This document shows positions 34,399-46,667 of a stretch of DNA of 60,000 nucleotides, one piece after another. Position 1 is the first letter of the stretch. The number at the start of each line of letters is the position of its first letter. A program made the position numbers and the translations under genes. Below the pieces are notes generated by a model that saw only the letters and a list, made by a program, of their open reading frames with translations, searched no databases and was not told the origin of the DNA. Source of the stretch: Botryllus schlosseri (lineage: Eukaryota); NCBI GenBank assembly GCA_051294905.1, contig CM119371.1, positions 34,908,001-34,968,000 of the forward strand. Direction: 5' to 3'.

Positions 34399-37300
34399 CA
34401 TTAGGGGTTAGTATAGGTGACAAGATAGCGTGGTTGTTCAACTGTGTGGCCTATTTTATCTCGATATTGAATTCATGCGGCCAGCGGCTTCGGAATTTGA
34501 AAGTGGCGCGCGACCCGTTTTTAGTTGACGACCCCTGGCATAAGCGGTGTCTTACAAAAGGCCAGGAGTGTGCCGTGCTATAAGTCGACGGTTACGGAAT
34601 CAAAAATAAGAAATATCGGCGTGGTGTAAATGACCATTGTAGTCGACAAAAACCGTGATTACCACAAATGACATTAGGATTGTGTACATCGTAAGTGCCG
34701 ATAATGCATGTCTTCTCGCTTCGACGAACTACGCGTAAGCTCCACTGTCGCCTTGTGAACCACTAATTATACTGGAGTAGATGTTAACAGCGTTGCTACT
34801 ACTTCTACTCAAGTGCAAACAATGATTACTTTGATCACCCTACCAACTATTGAGTATGCAACGGTCTGTGGACATACGGGCATGCGACACATGAGCATGC
34901 GAGTTAAATTACGGGTTAGGGTTGAATTTAAGCTTGGGTTAGGGTAGGGCTTGGGGTCGGGATATATAGCGATTAATTTCAGTGTTATGTTTCGGGTTAG
35001 GGTTAGTTTTGGGGTTATGAAGTCACATACTGAAGTGACGCATGCTAAACTGTTCCATGCTCATGCTCAACTGTCGTTTTCCATTGTGTCGCATGCTCAT
35101 ATGTCGGGCAATCGTATGCAACACATCGACCAAATCTACTTTTTAAAAGTAATTAATAGAGCATATTTCAGAACTTCATTTTCGACTTCCATTTCAAATA
35201 GATTTGACACACCTTGTAGCTTGTTACATCTACGTGTGTATAAATTCATGACATTACTTCAACTTCAGTACAAAAGATGATTACTTTGACCACCTCTGGT
35301 TTCTATATAGTCTGTTCAACGTTTTTTACCTTTGATTGCTTTCTGAGTTTTTCCCGAGCATGGCGCAGCACCGATTTTGTAGAGTAAAAGCAACGCTTGT
35401 TCTAGGTCACAGTAGTTCTTCCAAACGATCTCGGCCCCAGTCTAGAAGGCATTCTTCGTACAGCCTGCTTGACGTTGTTGCCATCAGACATTGTCGATCT
35501 AGAAAATTTAAATGATTAGAATAGGTTTAGTGAAGGCATTTGTCAAGAACTGAAGCCAGGTATCCATAACATCCTGTTGAAAAAACAAAAACAATGGTGT
35601 ACAAGTACTAGCTTGGCACATGAGTACTCGAATCTAAATCGAGTATTAAATTGATTACCAGTAAACTCAGCCCATTGAACCCAGCCTACGGTAAACTCGG
35701 CCTAAACCTAAACCTCTCCAACCCTAATCTTGGGATGCACCTAATTCACGATGTGCGATATGATCCTTGACGTTCTGCACTCTTCGTCGACATTATACAG
35801 CTCCGTACGTTCAATATAACATTTTATACATCCGACATACGATACCGCCCTCAGTGGGAATAACATTCATGCGACATATCCGCCACCACCAATTCGCCAT
35901 TGCCTTCAATTATTAATACGATTCACGACATTTATAATAATTTGTATTGACAAAGTCACCATGGGCCCAGTTCACCGAAGGCCGAGTTCAATAGGCCGAA
36001 TTCGTCATGGGCCGAGTTCACTGGTCACCACTAATTCTATTGATTCGAGCCAACTAGAGGACTTTTTCAAGTAGGCCTTCTGAAATTATACGCTCTTTGC
36101 CACCAAGAGTACAGTTATCAATAAAATTACATCTTTGATACCATTTTCCAATGTGGAAGTAGCATACAAAATACGTAGTACAAAGCTATTCACTTTAGTG
36201 GAAATGACATATCTGTGAAGTCATGATTAACCCACAGCATAGTCACAAAGTGCAATGAAATAGGTATCGGTCGAAAATATACCAAATTATCTGTAATTTA
36301 GTGTGATGTAAAACTAGCATTGCATCATTGTATGTTCTTAGTAGAAACATAAAAGATACGTTTTCAACTTTCCATAATACTCATACTGTTATGACTGTTA
36401 TCAGTATAACATCATAATGAGTGATTATCGAATACTTGACACTTAACACCAGATTCAGAATCAATCACTCTTCACTCAGGTGCTCGATTTTGCCAAGCCC
36501 TACTAATCAGAACAGAAGTGATGCAGCCAACCTGAGATATTTATGGATATCATGTATACCAGATTAGCGTCACTGTGAATTATGGCACACTTGGATTCAA
36601 CGAAACATCAGGTCGTAGAGTTACAATATCAAAATATCATGCAGCAATCCTGAGCACCACTGGCGAAATCCTGATCGGGAACCACCGTCACAGAGTCTAT
36701 TTGCGCATCATTTATGACACTTTTTTCAGGCTAATAAATCGCTGATTAATGAACATGAACAATCATAAATCATCACTCCAACTTACATGATTCATCTTCT
36801 TAATCCATGGACAATGCACGACTGGGATGCGTTGCTCCGAAGTTGTAAAGTACTATATAACATTGCCTGTTCCATATTTAGACTCCTGCTAAAAATGAAG
36901 CGATGTTGTATACGCAGACCCATATATGCCCCTGCCTCATCCGCATTAAGAGTCCATTGATAATAAGGGTCAATAGTGTGCTTTCTTATTCATGACAACA
37001 TGACTATCAGCAATCAGTCTTCCCTAGGGCCCATCTACTTTGTGAATGTCGCTGTAATGTAGGCAATGTTATTGCCGTGCAATATATTTTGTGAATGTCG
37101 GCATAATGTCTCCGTGCAATATACTTATTGGAAGGTAATGGGCGAAATATCAAGATCAATGTCAACTCAAGGTCCGAGAAGAAGTGAAAATTCAAATGGA
37201 ATAAGTATCTACTTTCACCAATTTTAAACTTTCATAATACATGACAAGGAACGCGCAAGATATCCAATGAGCTATAAATGCGACTATAATTTTTGTGACT

Positions 37301-38498
37301 ACTATTTCTTACCAGGGATTTCAAGATATCGTATAGATAAGCTATATGTAAATTATAAGTTATCGTTATATTGCAAGTTATAAGTAAGCATTTTAAGTAT
37401 GTTGCACGGCGACATTGCCAACATTGCGACAACCCGTCTGCCCCATGAACATGTTAAAATCCATGTAGTATATAATTGGTTTAGCATTAGGGTATCATTA
37501 AATTAGGCTGAGGTTCAAGTTGGGTTAACTATAATGATTGTTCCTAGAATACCCTAACATTAAACTAATAATAAAGCCATACATTTTGACATGTTCACCG
37601 AAAACCTCGACTAGTTTCAATGGCTATAATGTTGTTGTGGACACAACACAAAATTACAACGAATACAATAATAAATATGCCAGTCAATAGGATGCAAATA
37701 TTCATTACCATAGGTGCAACAATAGTTTTCAGCCACAAATTCAGCAATCTCACATTCCGTAAAGGAACATCCTATAATACACTTTCAAATTATGTAGCTA
37801 TATAAACCAAGGCTATAATACATTCATCGATGCTGCATCTGGTTTGCTGCATGGATCTTGCAGTCTTTGGAAATTCTTTTCAAAGTTTTAATAGTATATA
37901 CCGTACACATCAAACAGAAGTTGGATATTACAACAACATGAAACCCACTGTGCTGCAAATCGAACTTCAATGATTGCACATAATTAAATATTATCATGAT
38001 CATGCTCATCGCTATATAGTATTTCAAGTACTGCATAGGTTTACGATTAGCGGCGGGTCGATTAGTTTCGTTCGTACATGAGAGAGAGAGAGAGAGAGAA
38101 TTTTTTATTCATCATCGCAAAATAACAAAACAGTAAAAAAAAAAAAAATAGCATAAACTTCAGAATCACGGACACATACAAAAAAAATGGTGACAGTGTC
38201 AATTTCAAAGCAAATGAGATGTGTACGAATACGATATACAGTTCATAGAATTGACCAATATGTTTTACGATTGCAAGATGAAGCTGCAGCGAAGTGATCT
38301 GTTGATCATCGAGTCTACTGCAGCTGATCGAAGTAGATTGGCTATAAATTGCATACATCGTACTGCAACAGTGAATTGTAAGACTGACAGGGTAAATGTA
38401 AGAGCACATGTTAGGATAAATGGAGGAAAAGAACAAATTGTACTGGTCTGAAACAAACAAGATAGATTGACCGGTACTAGTTCGCACTAAAATATATT

Positions 38499-41400
38499 TT
38501 AGCTTTTGTATGATTCAATAAGGAAGGCACGATACATGGTTTTAAATACATATAAAGTATTGCTCCTAATATGCGAAGGAATGGAGTTCCATATTAGAGG
38601 ACCTTGATAGGCAATGGTTTTGTGATGAGCCTTAGGTAAATACAGATTCATAACAGAACCTCTTGTAAAATGAGAATGATGTTCACTGATAGGTGTGAAA
38701 TAGTCCGAGAAAATGTCAGGTAGGGTGTTATTGTAGAACTTATGCATCAAGATGCCGACTTCAAATCTATAAATATCATCAATTTTCAAAATTTTTAAAT
38801 TATAATATAAAGGGTTAACGTGATCTCTACGGTTGGCAAGGCATATTAGCTTGATGGCTTTATTTTGCAGGCTCCTAACTCGATTCAAATGTTTCTCCCA
38901 TGTGGATCCCCAGAGAATGATACCATAAGTTAGATGAGAGTGAAATAAGGTATGATAAATCATTATCCGAGTGGACTGTGGTAAGATAAAACGTGACTTT
39001 CGAATGATACCTATAGTTCTAGATAGCTTGATGCAAATAGAGGTTATATGTTCACCCCATGTCAGATTGTTATCAATAACTATACCTAAATAATGTATGC
39101 TTTTCTGTAGAATCAGGCTTTCCCTATTCAGCCTTATATCAATCTTACTATTCGAGTTCCTTCCAAAGAGCATACAGTGAGTTTTTGAGGTATTTATGGT
39201 TAATCTATTTTTATTCATCCAATCCAATATTTTTTGCAGGTTTGAGTTGCAAGAGCACTCCAAGTCAGTTATATTGTTTGACGACAGCATCAGAGATGTG
39301 TCATCTGCAAATAACTGGATAGTAAACTCAGAGGCATTATTTAAGTCATTTATGTAGATCAAAAACAAGAAGGGACCTAGAACGGATCCTTGTGGTACAC
39401 CCATTTCAACTATTGATTTATCAGATGAAAATTCGTTACTTTTGACAAATTGACTTCTATTATTCAAGTAAGACTCCAAAAGTTTATACATCACTCCTCT
39501 AAATCCATAGTGATGTAATTTTCCTAGTAGTATAGTTCTATCGACAGTGTCAAATGCCTTTTGCAGATCTAGATAAACACAAATGGTTGATAGCTTCTTA
39601 AACAGGCTCTGATAGATGTTATCAACACTGTCAATTACAGCATGCAAGGTTGAGTGGTTTTCTCTAAACCCAAACTGGTTTTTAGATAATATATTAAATT
39701 CATCTGTGAAGTTGGTTAATCTAATAAGCATTAATTTTTCTAAAATTTTAGAAAAGACTGGTAATATTGATATTGGTCTATAGTTGGATAACTTGAGTGG
39801 ATCTCCTTTTTTGAAAACTGGAGTCACACGTGCTACTTTGAGACAATCAGGAAAGATCCCAAGTTCGAAACATTTGTTAATCAATACAGTGAGGGTTGGC
39901 GCTGTTATGAATATGGTTTCCTTCAAAATATTAACAGGAACACCATCAGGCCCCGTTGCCGAGTTTTTTTTTAGATTGTGCACAATTGTTATGATCTCAT
40001 TCTCTGTTGTTGGTTCAATAAAAATTGAGTTAGGTTGGGGCCTACCTAGGTAGTTCTTGTAGGTTCTAGATAACACATGTTTATCTGCAAGATTTTTTCC
40101 AATGTTCGCAAAGTATTGATTAAACTCATTGCATATGTCTTTCTCAGCAGTAATAAAGACATTTTCATTACTGATTTTCGATGGAAATTTTTTTGGTTTG
40201 GAGGTTTTGAATAATTGATTAAAGAGATTCCAGATTTCTTGTTGATTCCCTTGAATCTTCTGGAATTGGTCCCGGTAATAATTACCTTTAGATTTTTTCT
40301 TCAATTTGGTAAGAATATTGGTGTACTTTTTGTAAAAAATTATTTTATCAGCATTGCCTGATAAAAAGTGACTTTTATATAGTTTACGTCGAGTTGCTAT
40401 GGATTTACGGATTGCATGTGTGAACCAAGGTTTGGTCGAGAACCGGCGTTCTTTGCGCGTTAGTTTGCGAAGAGGTGCGTATTTGTCCAAAAGTGAATTA
40501 ATACAACTAATGAATGAGGTAAAGCATTGGTTAATGGTATTGGGTTCGGAACTGCAGACGGGTTGTAGGTCAGTTAACGCTTCAGTAAGTTCGGATGAAA
40601 ACAAATCAAGTGAGAGTCTTCTATAGTCGCGAATAAAAGATATTTTTGGTTTAACTCCTGGAGAGGTATTAGCAATCTTACAGAATATTGGCAGGTGATC
40701 AGATATATCACTGATCAATATACCAGAGTCATGCTGAGAGTAGTTGTTCGTAAAGATATGATCAATTAGCGACTGAGTCTTTTGAGTTATTCTAGTAGGG
40801 TCATTTATCAGTGATTGACAAGAATAGTTAGTTATAAGATCAGCTAGTTCCCTAGAGTATTTATTTGATGTTTTAAGAAGGTCTATGTTGAAATCTCCTA
40901 GCAGGTAAAATTTCTTATGCTGTGCAGTAAGCTTTTCTAGGCAATTCTCAAGAGCTTCAATAAACTGAACCAGTGGTTGGTGGGGGTGTCTATAGATAGC
41001 TCCTATGACAATATTAGATCTATTTTTGTTGCAGATCAAGGGGGTCTCTATCCAAAGTTCTTCACAACTTTTTAGTTTTAGATCAAATTCAGTGATAGTT
41101 TGAAATTGGATACTGCTTCTAATGTAGAACCCCACTCCCCCAACTACGTTTGGAGAGTTCGCATTTATGAATGAGTATTCATCTAAGCCAATTTCATATG
41201 GTAGGACCGAGGCTAGTCGAGTTTCACTGATTGCAATTATGTCAGGTTTATGACTAAGATCTGAAATTATTGAGGAAAGAATCCCTATGTTCCTAGGTAG
41301 AGATCTCACATTTGCATGTAATAACAACATAGAAGGACTATCATCAAACAAGCAATTGAGGTTTTCAATGTTATGATAACTAGTACCAATAGGTAGGCTC

Positions 41401-41645
41401 ATTCTCGGTGACCAAAGGTATTCTTGTGAAAGTTGCACATTGTCAAGCAAAGAAAAAGGTAATATGGAGTTAACACATTGAAAACAATAGTAGTTCGCTT
41501 CGGATGATCCAAGACAATTAAATTGAAGAATAGTCAAATTACTACACTTAAGATGGAGCCAAGAATCACATAAATCACAGCAAATAGCTCTCTGATTTGA
41601 TTTACAGGGTTGTCGGCAGAAGCCGCAAGGAAACCTAATAGGCAT
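38499..41645 (-). CDS. LINE ORF2: PHD finger + APE endonuclease + reverse transcriptase (1048 aa)
   Basis: C4HC3 PHD; HANVRSL, ISET, GDFN, IDHIF, SDHLPI; YRPISIL, DLQKAFD, GVPQGSVLGP, FADD, YLG. Confidence 0.96.
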   Translation of the reverse strand: MPIRFPCGFCRQPCKSNQRAICCDLCDSWLHLKCSNLTILQFNCLGSSEANYYCFQCVNSILPFSLLDNVQLSQEYLWSPRMSLPIGTSYHNIENLNCLFDDSPSMLLLHANVRSLPRNIGILSSIISDLSHKPDIIAISETRLASVLPYEIGLDEYSFINANSPNVVGGVGFYIRSSIQFQTITEFDLKLKSCEELWIETPLICNKNRSNIVIGAIYRHPHQPLVQFIEALENCLEKLTAQHKKFYLLGDFNIDLLKTSNKYSRELADLITNYSCQSLINDPTRITQKTQSLIDHIFTNNYSQHDSGILISDISDHLPIFCKIANTSPGVKPKISFIRDYRRLSLDLFSSELTEALTDLQPVCSSEPNTINQCFTSFISCINSLLDKYAPLRKLTRKERRFSTKPWFTHAIRKSIATRRKLYKSHFLSGNADKIIFYKKYTNILTKLKKKSKGNYYRDQFQKIQGNQQEIWNLFNQLFKTSKPKKFPSKISNENVFITAEKDICNEFNQYFANIGKNLADKHVLSRTYKNYLGRPQPNSIFIEPTTENEIITIVHNLKKNSATGPDGVPVNILKETIFITAPTLTVLINKCFELGIFPDCLKVARVTPVFKKGDPLKLSNYRPISILPVFSKILEKLMLIRLTNFTDEFNILSKNQFGFRENHSTLHAVIDSVDNIYQSLFKKLSTICVYLDLQKAFDTVDRTILLGKLHHYGFRGVMYKLLESYLNNRSQFVKSNEFSSDKSIVEMGVPQGSVLGPFLFLIYINDLNNASEFTIQLFADDTSLMLSSNNITDLECSCNSNLQKILDWMNKNRLTINTSKTHCMLFGRNSNSKIDIRLNRESLILQKSIHYLGIVIDNNLTWGEHITSICIKLSRTIGIIRKSRFILPQSTRIMIYHTLFHSHLTYGIILWGSTWEKHLNRVRSLQNKAIKLICLANRRDHVNPLYYNLKILKIDDIYRFEVGILMHKFYNNTLPDIFSDYFTPISEHHSHFTRGSVMNLYLPKAHHKTIAYQGPLIWNSIPSHIRSNTLYVFKTMYRAFLIESYKS

Positions 41646-41687
41646 GGCTATCAGACAATCTCATCATCATAGATCCACTTTTTCGTA

Positions 41688-42443
41688 TTATAGGAAAATG
41701 TTGTACCTTGATAAGTCCTCATCATTTTTGATTGACATAGCTCGGTCATCGTCATTCTTTTTCAGGTAGGTAACTCCATGTCTTGTCCAAATGTATTTAA
41801 ATGCATTGGCTTTTTTGTACTTGTGACAGGCATTGAATCTAGTACGGTTGGACTTTGTGAGGCTTTCATTGATATAAATTTCTCGTTCTTTATGTAATAT
41901 TGATCTGTTGCTGAAGATTGCGTCTCTGACTCTCCTCGAGCAGAATTTGGCTAGTATGACCGGATGTGGATAGTCTTCGGTGGGTTTCCCAAGTCTGTGG
42001 CATACACTTATGTCATGTTTGCTGATGTTCACTTCCAATTTTTTAGCTACAGTGATTACTAGATCGTCAGTACATTCATTCTTGTTGTAGGGAATTCCTT
42101 TTATTTCTATACATTCTCTTCTCCCATACTGGTCAAGGTCATTGATTGCTCTGCATGCTTCATTATTTGAAGACTGTAGGTCGTAAACCATTTTCCTTAG
42201 TTCACAATTTTGAGATTTGACTTCGGATAGTTCCCGGTCTGACGTGTCGAGTTTTTCTTTGATTTCTTCATACTTCGCGCTTAGGAACTCAGCACTCTTT
42301 TTAAGTTCTTGCACTTCATTCATCAGATCAGCAAATTTCTGTCCAGTTTGATCTTTTTGTTCGTCAATTTTCTCTGTCAGTATATCCAGCTTTGACAGGA
42401 TGGTCTCATAGTCCACATTTTTCTTGATGGTCCTTTGTGTCAT
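41688..42443 (-). CDS. LINE ORF1: coiled coil + RRM-like/C-terminal domain (251 aa)
   Basis: N-terminal heptad-rich helix, LDQYGRRECIEIKGIP, CHRL, IYINESLT, KYIWTRHG; directly upstream of ORF2. Confidence 0.9.
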   Translation of the reverse strand: MTQRTIKKNVDYETILSKLDILTEKIDEQKDQTGQKFADLMNEVQELKKSAEFLSAKYEEIKEKLDTSDRELSEVKSQNCELRKMVYDLQSSNNEACRAINDLDQYGRRECIEIKGIPYNKNECTDDLVITVAKKLEVNISKHDISVCHRLGKPTEDYPHPVILAKFCSRRVRDAIFSNRSILHKEREIYINESLTKSNRTRFNACHKYKKANAFKYIWTRHGVTYLKKNDDDRAMSIKNDEDLSRYNIFL

Positions 42444-43796
42444 CTTCGAGCATCACAGTTCAGTACAATGCACATATAGGTATATATGTAGGCATATAAC
42501 CTTAACGCAATCAATGATCATGATAAACCGCGGCGCAGACGTGCCACTAGAATCATAGTGAAATTCATGACGGTTATCGCAGTTGATGATGACCGAGGCT
42601 GTTGCTGTTCAATAAATATAGCACTCAAATACCAAGCTTCCCCGCTCTCTGCCTTTCTAGTACTCATGACAGCGACAATATCAATAATAATCAATAGCAC
42701 GCACAATCCATCCACGCCGTTAAGTATCCTATTCTAAACTAAACCTTTCCTGTGATAAACCCGTCACTCCGCCATTACTACAAAACCTGTTCTTTCAAAT
42801 TCAAACTGAATCACGCGCGCGCATGCTCGCCAGACAGAAGAACGCAGTCTTTATTGGTTTTATGGTTGAATGAATTTCAAGCAACAGGCGTGCTCGGCTC
42901 GACACTCGAGACTCGACAGGTATCGGAATGCCTCATATCACTGAGCTATATGCATTATCGCTGGCCTCTTGCGCAATACGGCCTCAATTATCGATAATAG
43001 CCGGGCAGACTGAGTAGTTCCGTGATTGGAATAGTCATCACCATACCATTATAACGGATGTCAAGTTTTCATTTCGGAAGATTTCACATGCATTGGGTAT
43101 ACGGTATATTTGAAATATTAACATATATTTTGCCTTGATGTGGACATTTCGATCCAGTAATGTCACAATAAAATAGCTGTATGTCTCTATATCGTACATT
43201 ATATCTCTAACAATGTACAACCGCGATCATCGATAGCCGGGCTTCTGAAGTTCCGCGCGATAGAAAATCATCGCCATATCATCAATCAACATTCTCGTAT
43301 TCACTCCGATAGATTACAAATGGTGAAATGTATCATGACATTCATGAGTGTATTCAGAAAACTATTTTGCATTGATTGCACAATGCACACTTGAATTCAT
43401 AGAAAGTAGGGACATCCTGACGAACTCCTGTGTAGGTGGCATCCAGGCATCACACCATTATGACATCCACTGGAATGGTCAATGGTGACTGGCACAGGAG
43501 CATTCTAAAATTCACTTCCTCTGGTAGTCACCTGGAGTTACATAAATTGACGTCCAATGTTGGGCATACTGAGCAAGTCCTCCGTAACTGAGGGTGGGAG
43601 GTGGGACGAGTGGGAACAATTGTGGACATACCAGTAACTCCACGGGATATCGGGTGTTTGCTGGGTACGATACTTACTTACGATACCAACCGGTTGAACC
43701 TTACTATACTCTTTATATATAAGGATATGTGGGAGAGTAAAGATAATTTGGCATTATTTCAGTCAGTTTTCCAATATTGTACGATTGACCTAAGAG

Positions 43797-44901
43797 TAGG
43801 GTTACCATATTTTTGTGAAGCAAATTCCGGACACTCTTTAGCGCCCAGTAGCGGATTTCAAAATAAGGTTTAACACATTGACCGTCAATATGACGTCACA
43901 CTAGCAAAGCATTGCCCATCGACTGTATATACACTATACAGGAATGAAGTGGAACATAGGTCATGAATTAGGCCATCTGTAATGTGAGCTCTGGTGATTG
44001 CTACTTACTAGGGTTTGCAATAGATTCCGCCACGGGCCGGATGAAATCATCTGGCGGGCCGTGTCTGACCTGTCAGGATTGTGTTTGACAGCCCTGCTAC
44101 ACAGTTAGGTCGGTGCGGCTATCTGTTTATGTGTTTTAATTAGGTGTGAAACAACATTTTTTCTCCCCCGTTCCGCCAAAAAAAGCACTGATCTTGGGCC
44201 CACCATGGTAGTTGATGTAACTTGTTAACTTGTTAGGCACTTACTATATGCATTTGGCTGTTAAATTTTATGTATGAATTCTGTCAATAATATTGATTCT
44301 TCGATAGGCTACTATAAAATGCACCAATAGGTTGCACATCCGGTGATTTCCAACCTTTTATGGTCGCGACCTCATTTCCCACTTGAAAATGTTCCGTGGC
44401 AAAGCTTAAAACTCGATAAGCTGATTACTAAAACAATTCAGCTTGTCCACACTTACTCACGGCCTAGGTAGCTGATTACGTCCAACATCATCACGATTCC
44501 CTGATAAAGGCTGACGACCCCAAGATTTGGAACCACTGTCTGTGATTGAAGCATTCAATCGGCTTTAACCAACCCTACGAATATACCGTTAGCTTATAAT
44601 TGCAATTACAAACAGACTTATTTCAGTAAATGATGGTTATTTATATTCATTGTGATTGCATTTTTTGGCGAGGGTGGTGGTGCCCATACTAATATCATTA
44701 TACGTTGCATTAACCCGCGCGCGGCGCGAAGAACAATTTTGAATAGCATAAATCTGCTTGAAAATAATATTGTTTATGTTGATTTACGAAAAACTTTTGA
44801 GCCTGCCTCCAGCCTTCAAAATTCCGGACATTTAGGCATATTTCAGAAATTCCTCCCGGACGCAGATTTTTCAGTGAAATTCCGGACGTATGGCAACCCT
44901 A
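43797..44901. mobile_element. hAT non-autonomous element
   Basis: TAGGGTTACCATA / TATGGCAACCCTA; perfect TSD CCTAAGAG. Confidence 0.88.
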
Positions 44902-45188
44902 CCTAAGAGTCATCCCGCAGTTGGCTACCCGGGCCGATATAACTGTGTGTTAATCATGAATCTTATGCGAGTAATAATTATTCAAGGTGAAAGTGTTGGC
45001 TTTGACAACACGAGGATGCCGAACGTAGTTATTAAAAGATATGTTGATTTGTGTACTGCATAGATAAGAAGTGAATGAAGCCTAAGCTTATCCATAAACA
45101 ACAGTCATCAATTACTCGGATTGTGTGGGTTTGTATAGCAATGCATTCCTGATTTTAACGTCCACCGTACCATCCAATCGTCTAACAT

Positions 45189-45544
45189 TAGGGTTACCAT
45201 ATTTTGGAATCGGGAAAGGAGGACATTATTTCAAAATTTTCAAACACAGAATACCGGTGGAAAATCCTGAAAAAGTGGTAAATTTTTACCACTTCGTAGT
45301 CGGTTGACTAAAATAAAAAAAAAAGGTCAACTTTCGCTCAGCTGCCGAAATACCCTACGGAGCGTCACTTCGGTGCTGATTTACAGCATCTCAGTCAAAT
45401 TTTGCTATAAATTTGACAAAAATTCCTAAAAAAAAAGAGGACAAAATCTCAAAAAGTAGGACATTTAGGCGTCCTCAGAGGACGTTTTCAAAAACCCGAA
45501 AAAGGAGGACAAATCCTCCTAAAGGAGGACGTATGGTAACCCTA
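45189..45544. mobile_element. hAT MITE
   Basis: TAGGGTTACCATA / TATGGTAACCCTA; perfect TSD TCTAACAT. Confidence 0.9.
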
Positions 45545-45793
45545 TCTAACATACCTTAGTAAGCGAAGCATGTTTTCGAATGTTGTCAGAAAAATGAACC
45601 AAACGTGCTATTATAGTCGCAACATTGATGCTACGATTCAAGTACAGTTTCACTATTTTGTGCGTTCTAAATACAAACACATTCACATCGCGATGACGTA
45701 TAACATGTGGATTTAGTGGCAAAGTGATATTGTTGCGAGTGAATATTGTTCTTGGGTTCGCCCTTTAAGCTTCCAAGGAAATCACAGCACGCA

Positions 45794-45990
45794 ACCGACA
45801 AGATAGCGTAATGGTTAAGCGTCCGGCTTCTTGATCGGTAGGTCGTGGGTTCGATCCCCGGCCGGGTCAGACCAAAGACCTGATTAGTAACACTGGTAGG
45901 CCTATCCATGGCTTCCCTGCTTGGCGCTCATGCATTACTGGGATATCATGGAGGGGTAGTGCATGACTTAGAAAACCCTAAAAGGCTATA
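45794..45990 (+). mobile_element. tRNA-derived SINE (possibly MetaSINE-type core)
   Basis: A box TAGCGTAATGG, B box GGTTCGATCC, followed by ACCAAAGAC...GCTTCCCTGCTTGGCGCTCA. Confidence 0.75.
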
Positions 45991-46413
45991 TCTGCACTTC
46001 CTTGTCCAGCGGCATATGCACATCATGTACACATGGTATGCATATGCGCAGATCGTGTGTATGTGTATCATGAGTCGGTGTATATGCCGCAAATAAACAT
46101 CAAGGACAAAAATAAACTACGTCCTTCCTTAGTGACGTTACCCCCGGAAAATGCAACGAACTTCTTGAGAACAACGTCAGTGCGATATCTCTGATTTTGC
46201 AGTGATTTTAGTGCTTGATTAGTCAATAATACGATACGCTGAATGCAAAATAATGAAGCTCTGTACCTCCAAGAAGCTCTTCTAATACAAAAGTGATAAG
46301 TTTCTTCATTTTCTTTTCGTGTACTAAATTTCGGCTGACTGGTGCGGATGAAATTATTTTTCAAACAAAAGTGCGAATGGAGCTCAAAAAGGTTGAAAAG
46401 CACTGGTATAGTT

Positions 46414-46667
46414 GTTTTTCGAGGACGCACTGGCGCCGTCGTTTTGCGATTTTGATTCCGATAGGTGAAGTAGTTGCAATTTGTGGGGCTGTGGCAACAA
46501 TGGAACTGATACATAAACTTGGCAAATTCCAGCTTCCTCGTGGGCCTGGGCCATGTAAAGAAGAGACATGCGCATTGTACAAGCACATGCACAGCTGATT
46601 GTCTTGGCGTTCGCTGCGTCGATGAATGAAAACCTAATTTGTTCTGCGAGTTAAATTGGACGCCCAC
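46414..46667 (-). pseudogene. Old LINE ORF2 fragment (5' part of the split LINE)
   Basis: SQNK...KLEFAKFMYQFH...NYFT parallels LQNK...RFEVGILMHKFY...DYFT of the intact ORF2; frameshifted. Confidence 0.6.

Larger units (their letters stand above)
38080..42470 (-). mobile_element. Non-LTR retrotransposon (CR1/L2-group LINE), two intact ORFs; 5' limit approximate
   Basis: ORF1+ORF2, ~400-nt 3' UTR ending in AATAAA (38104-38109) and a (TC)n tail (38080-38099); no clear TSD. Confidence 0.93.
30154..43665. mobile_element. CACTA/EnSpm-like element (13.5 kb including nested LINE and MITEs)
   Basis: TIR CCCAGCAAACAC / GTGTTTGCTGGG flanked by TA within a TACGATACT repeat present on both sides; GGACGTC-like subterminal repeats at both ends. 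Confidence 0.7.
29051..46405. mobile_element. hAT-type non-autonomous element inflated to 17.4 kb by nested insertions
   Basis: TIR CAGTGCTTTTCAACC / GGTTGAAAAGCACTG; perfect 8-bp TSD GTATAGTT (29043-50, 46406-13). Confidence 0.85.

Noticed and set aside
34905..35020. Telomere-like GGGTTA repeats
   Set aside because: Short, degenerate and embedded in a small dispersed element; not a chromosome end
45794..45870. tRNA gene
   Set aside because: A/B boxes are present but there is no proper acceptor stem or terminator, and it continues into a SINE body; the same applies to 28740-28805
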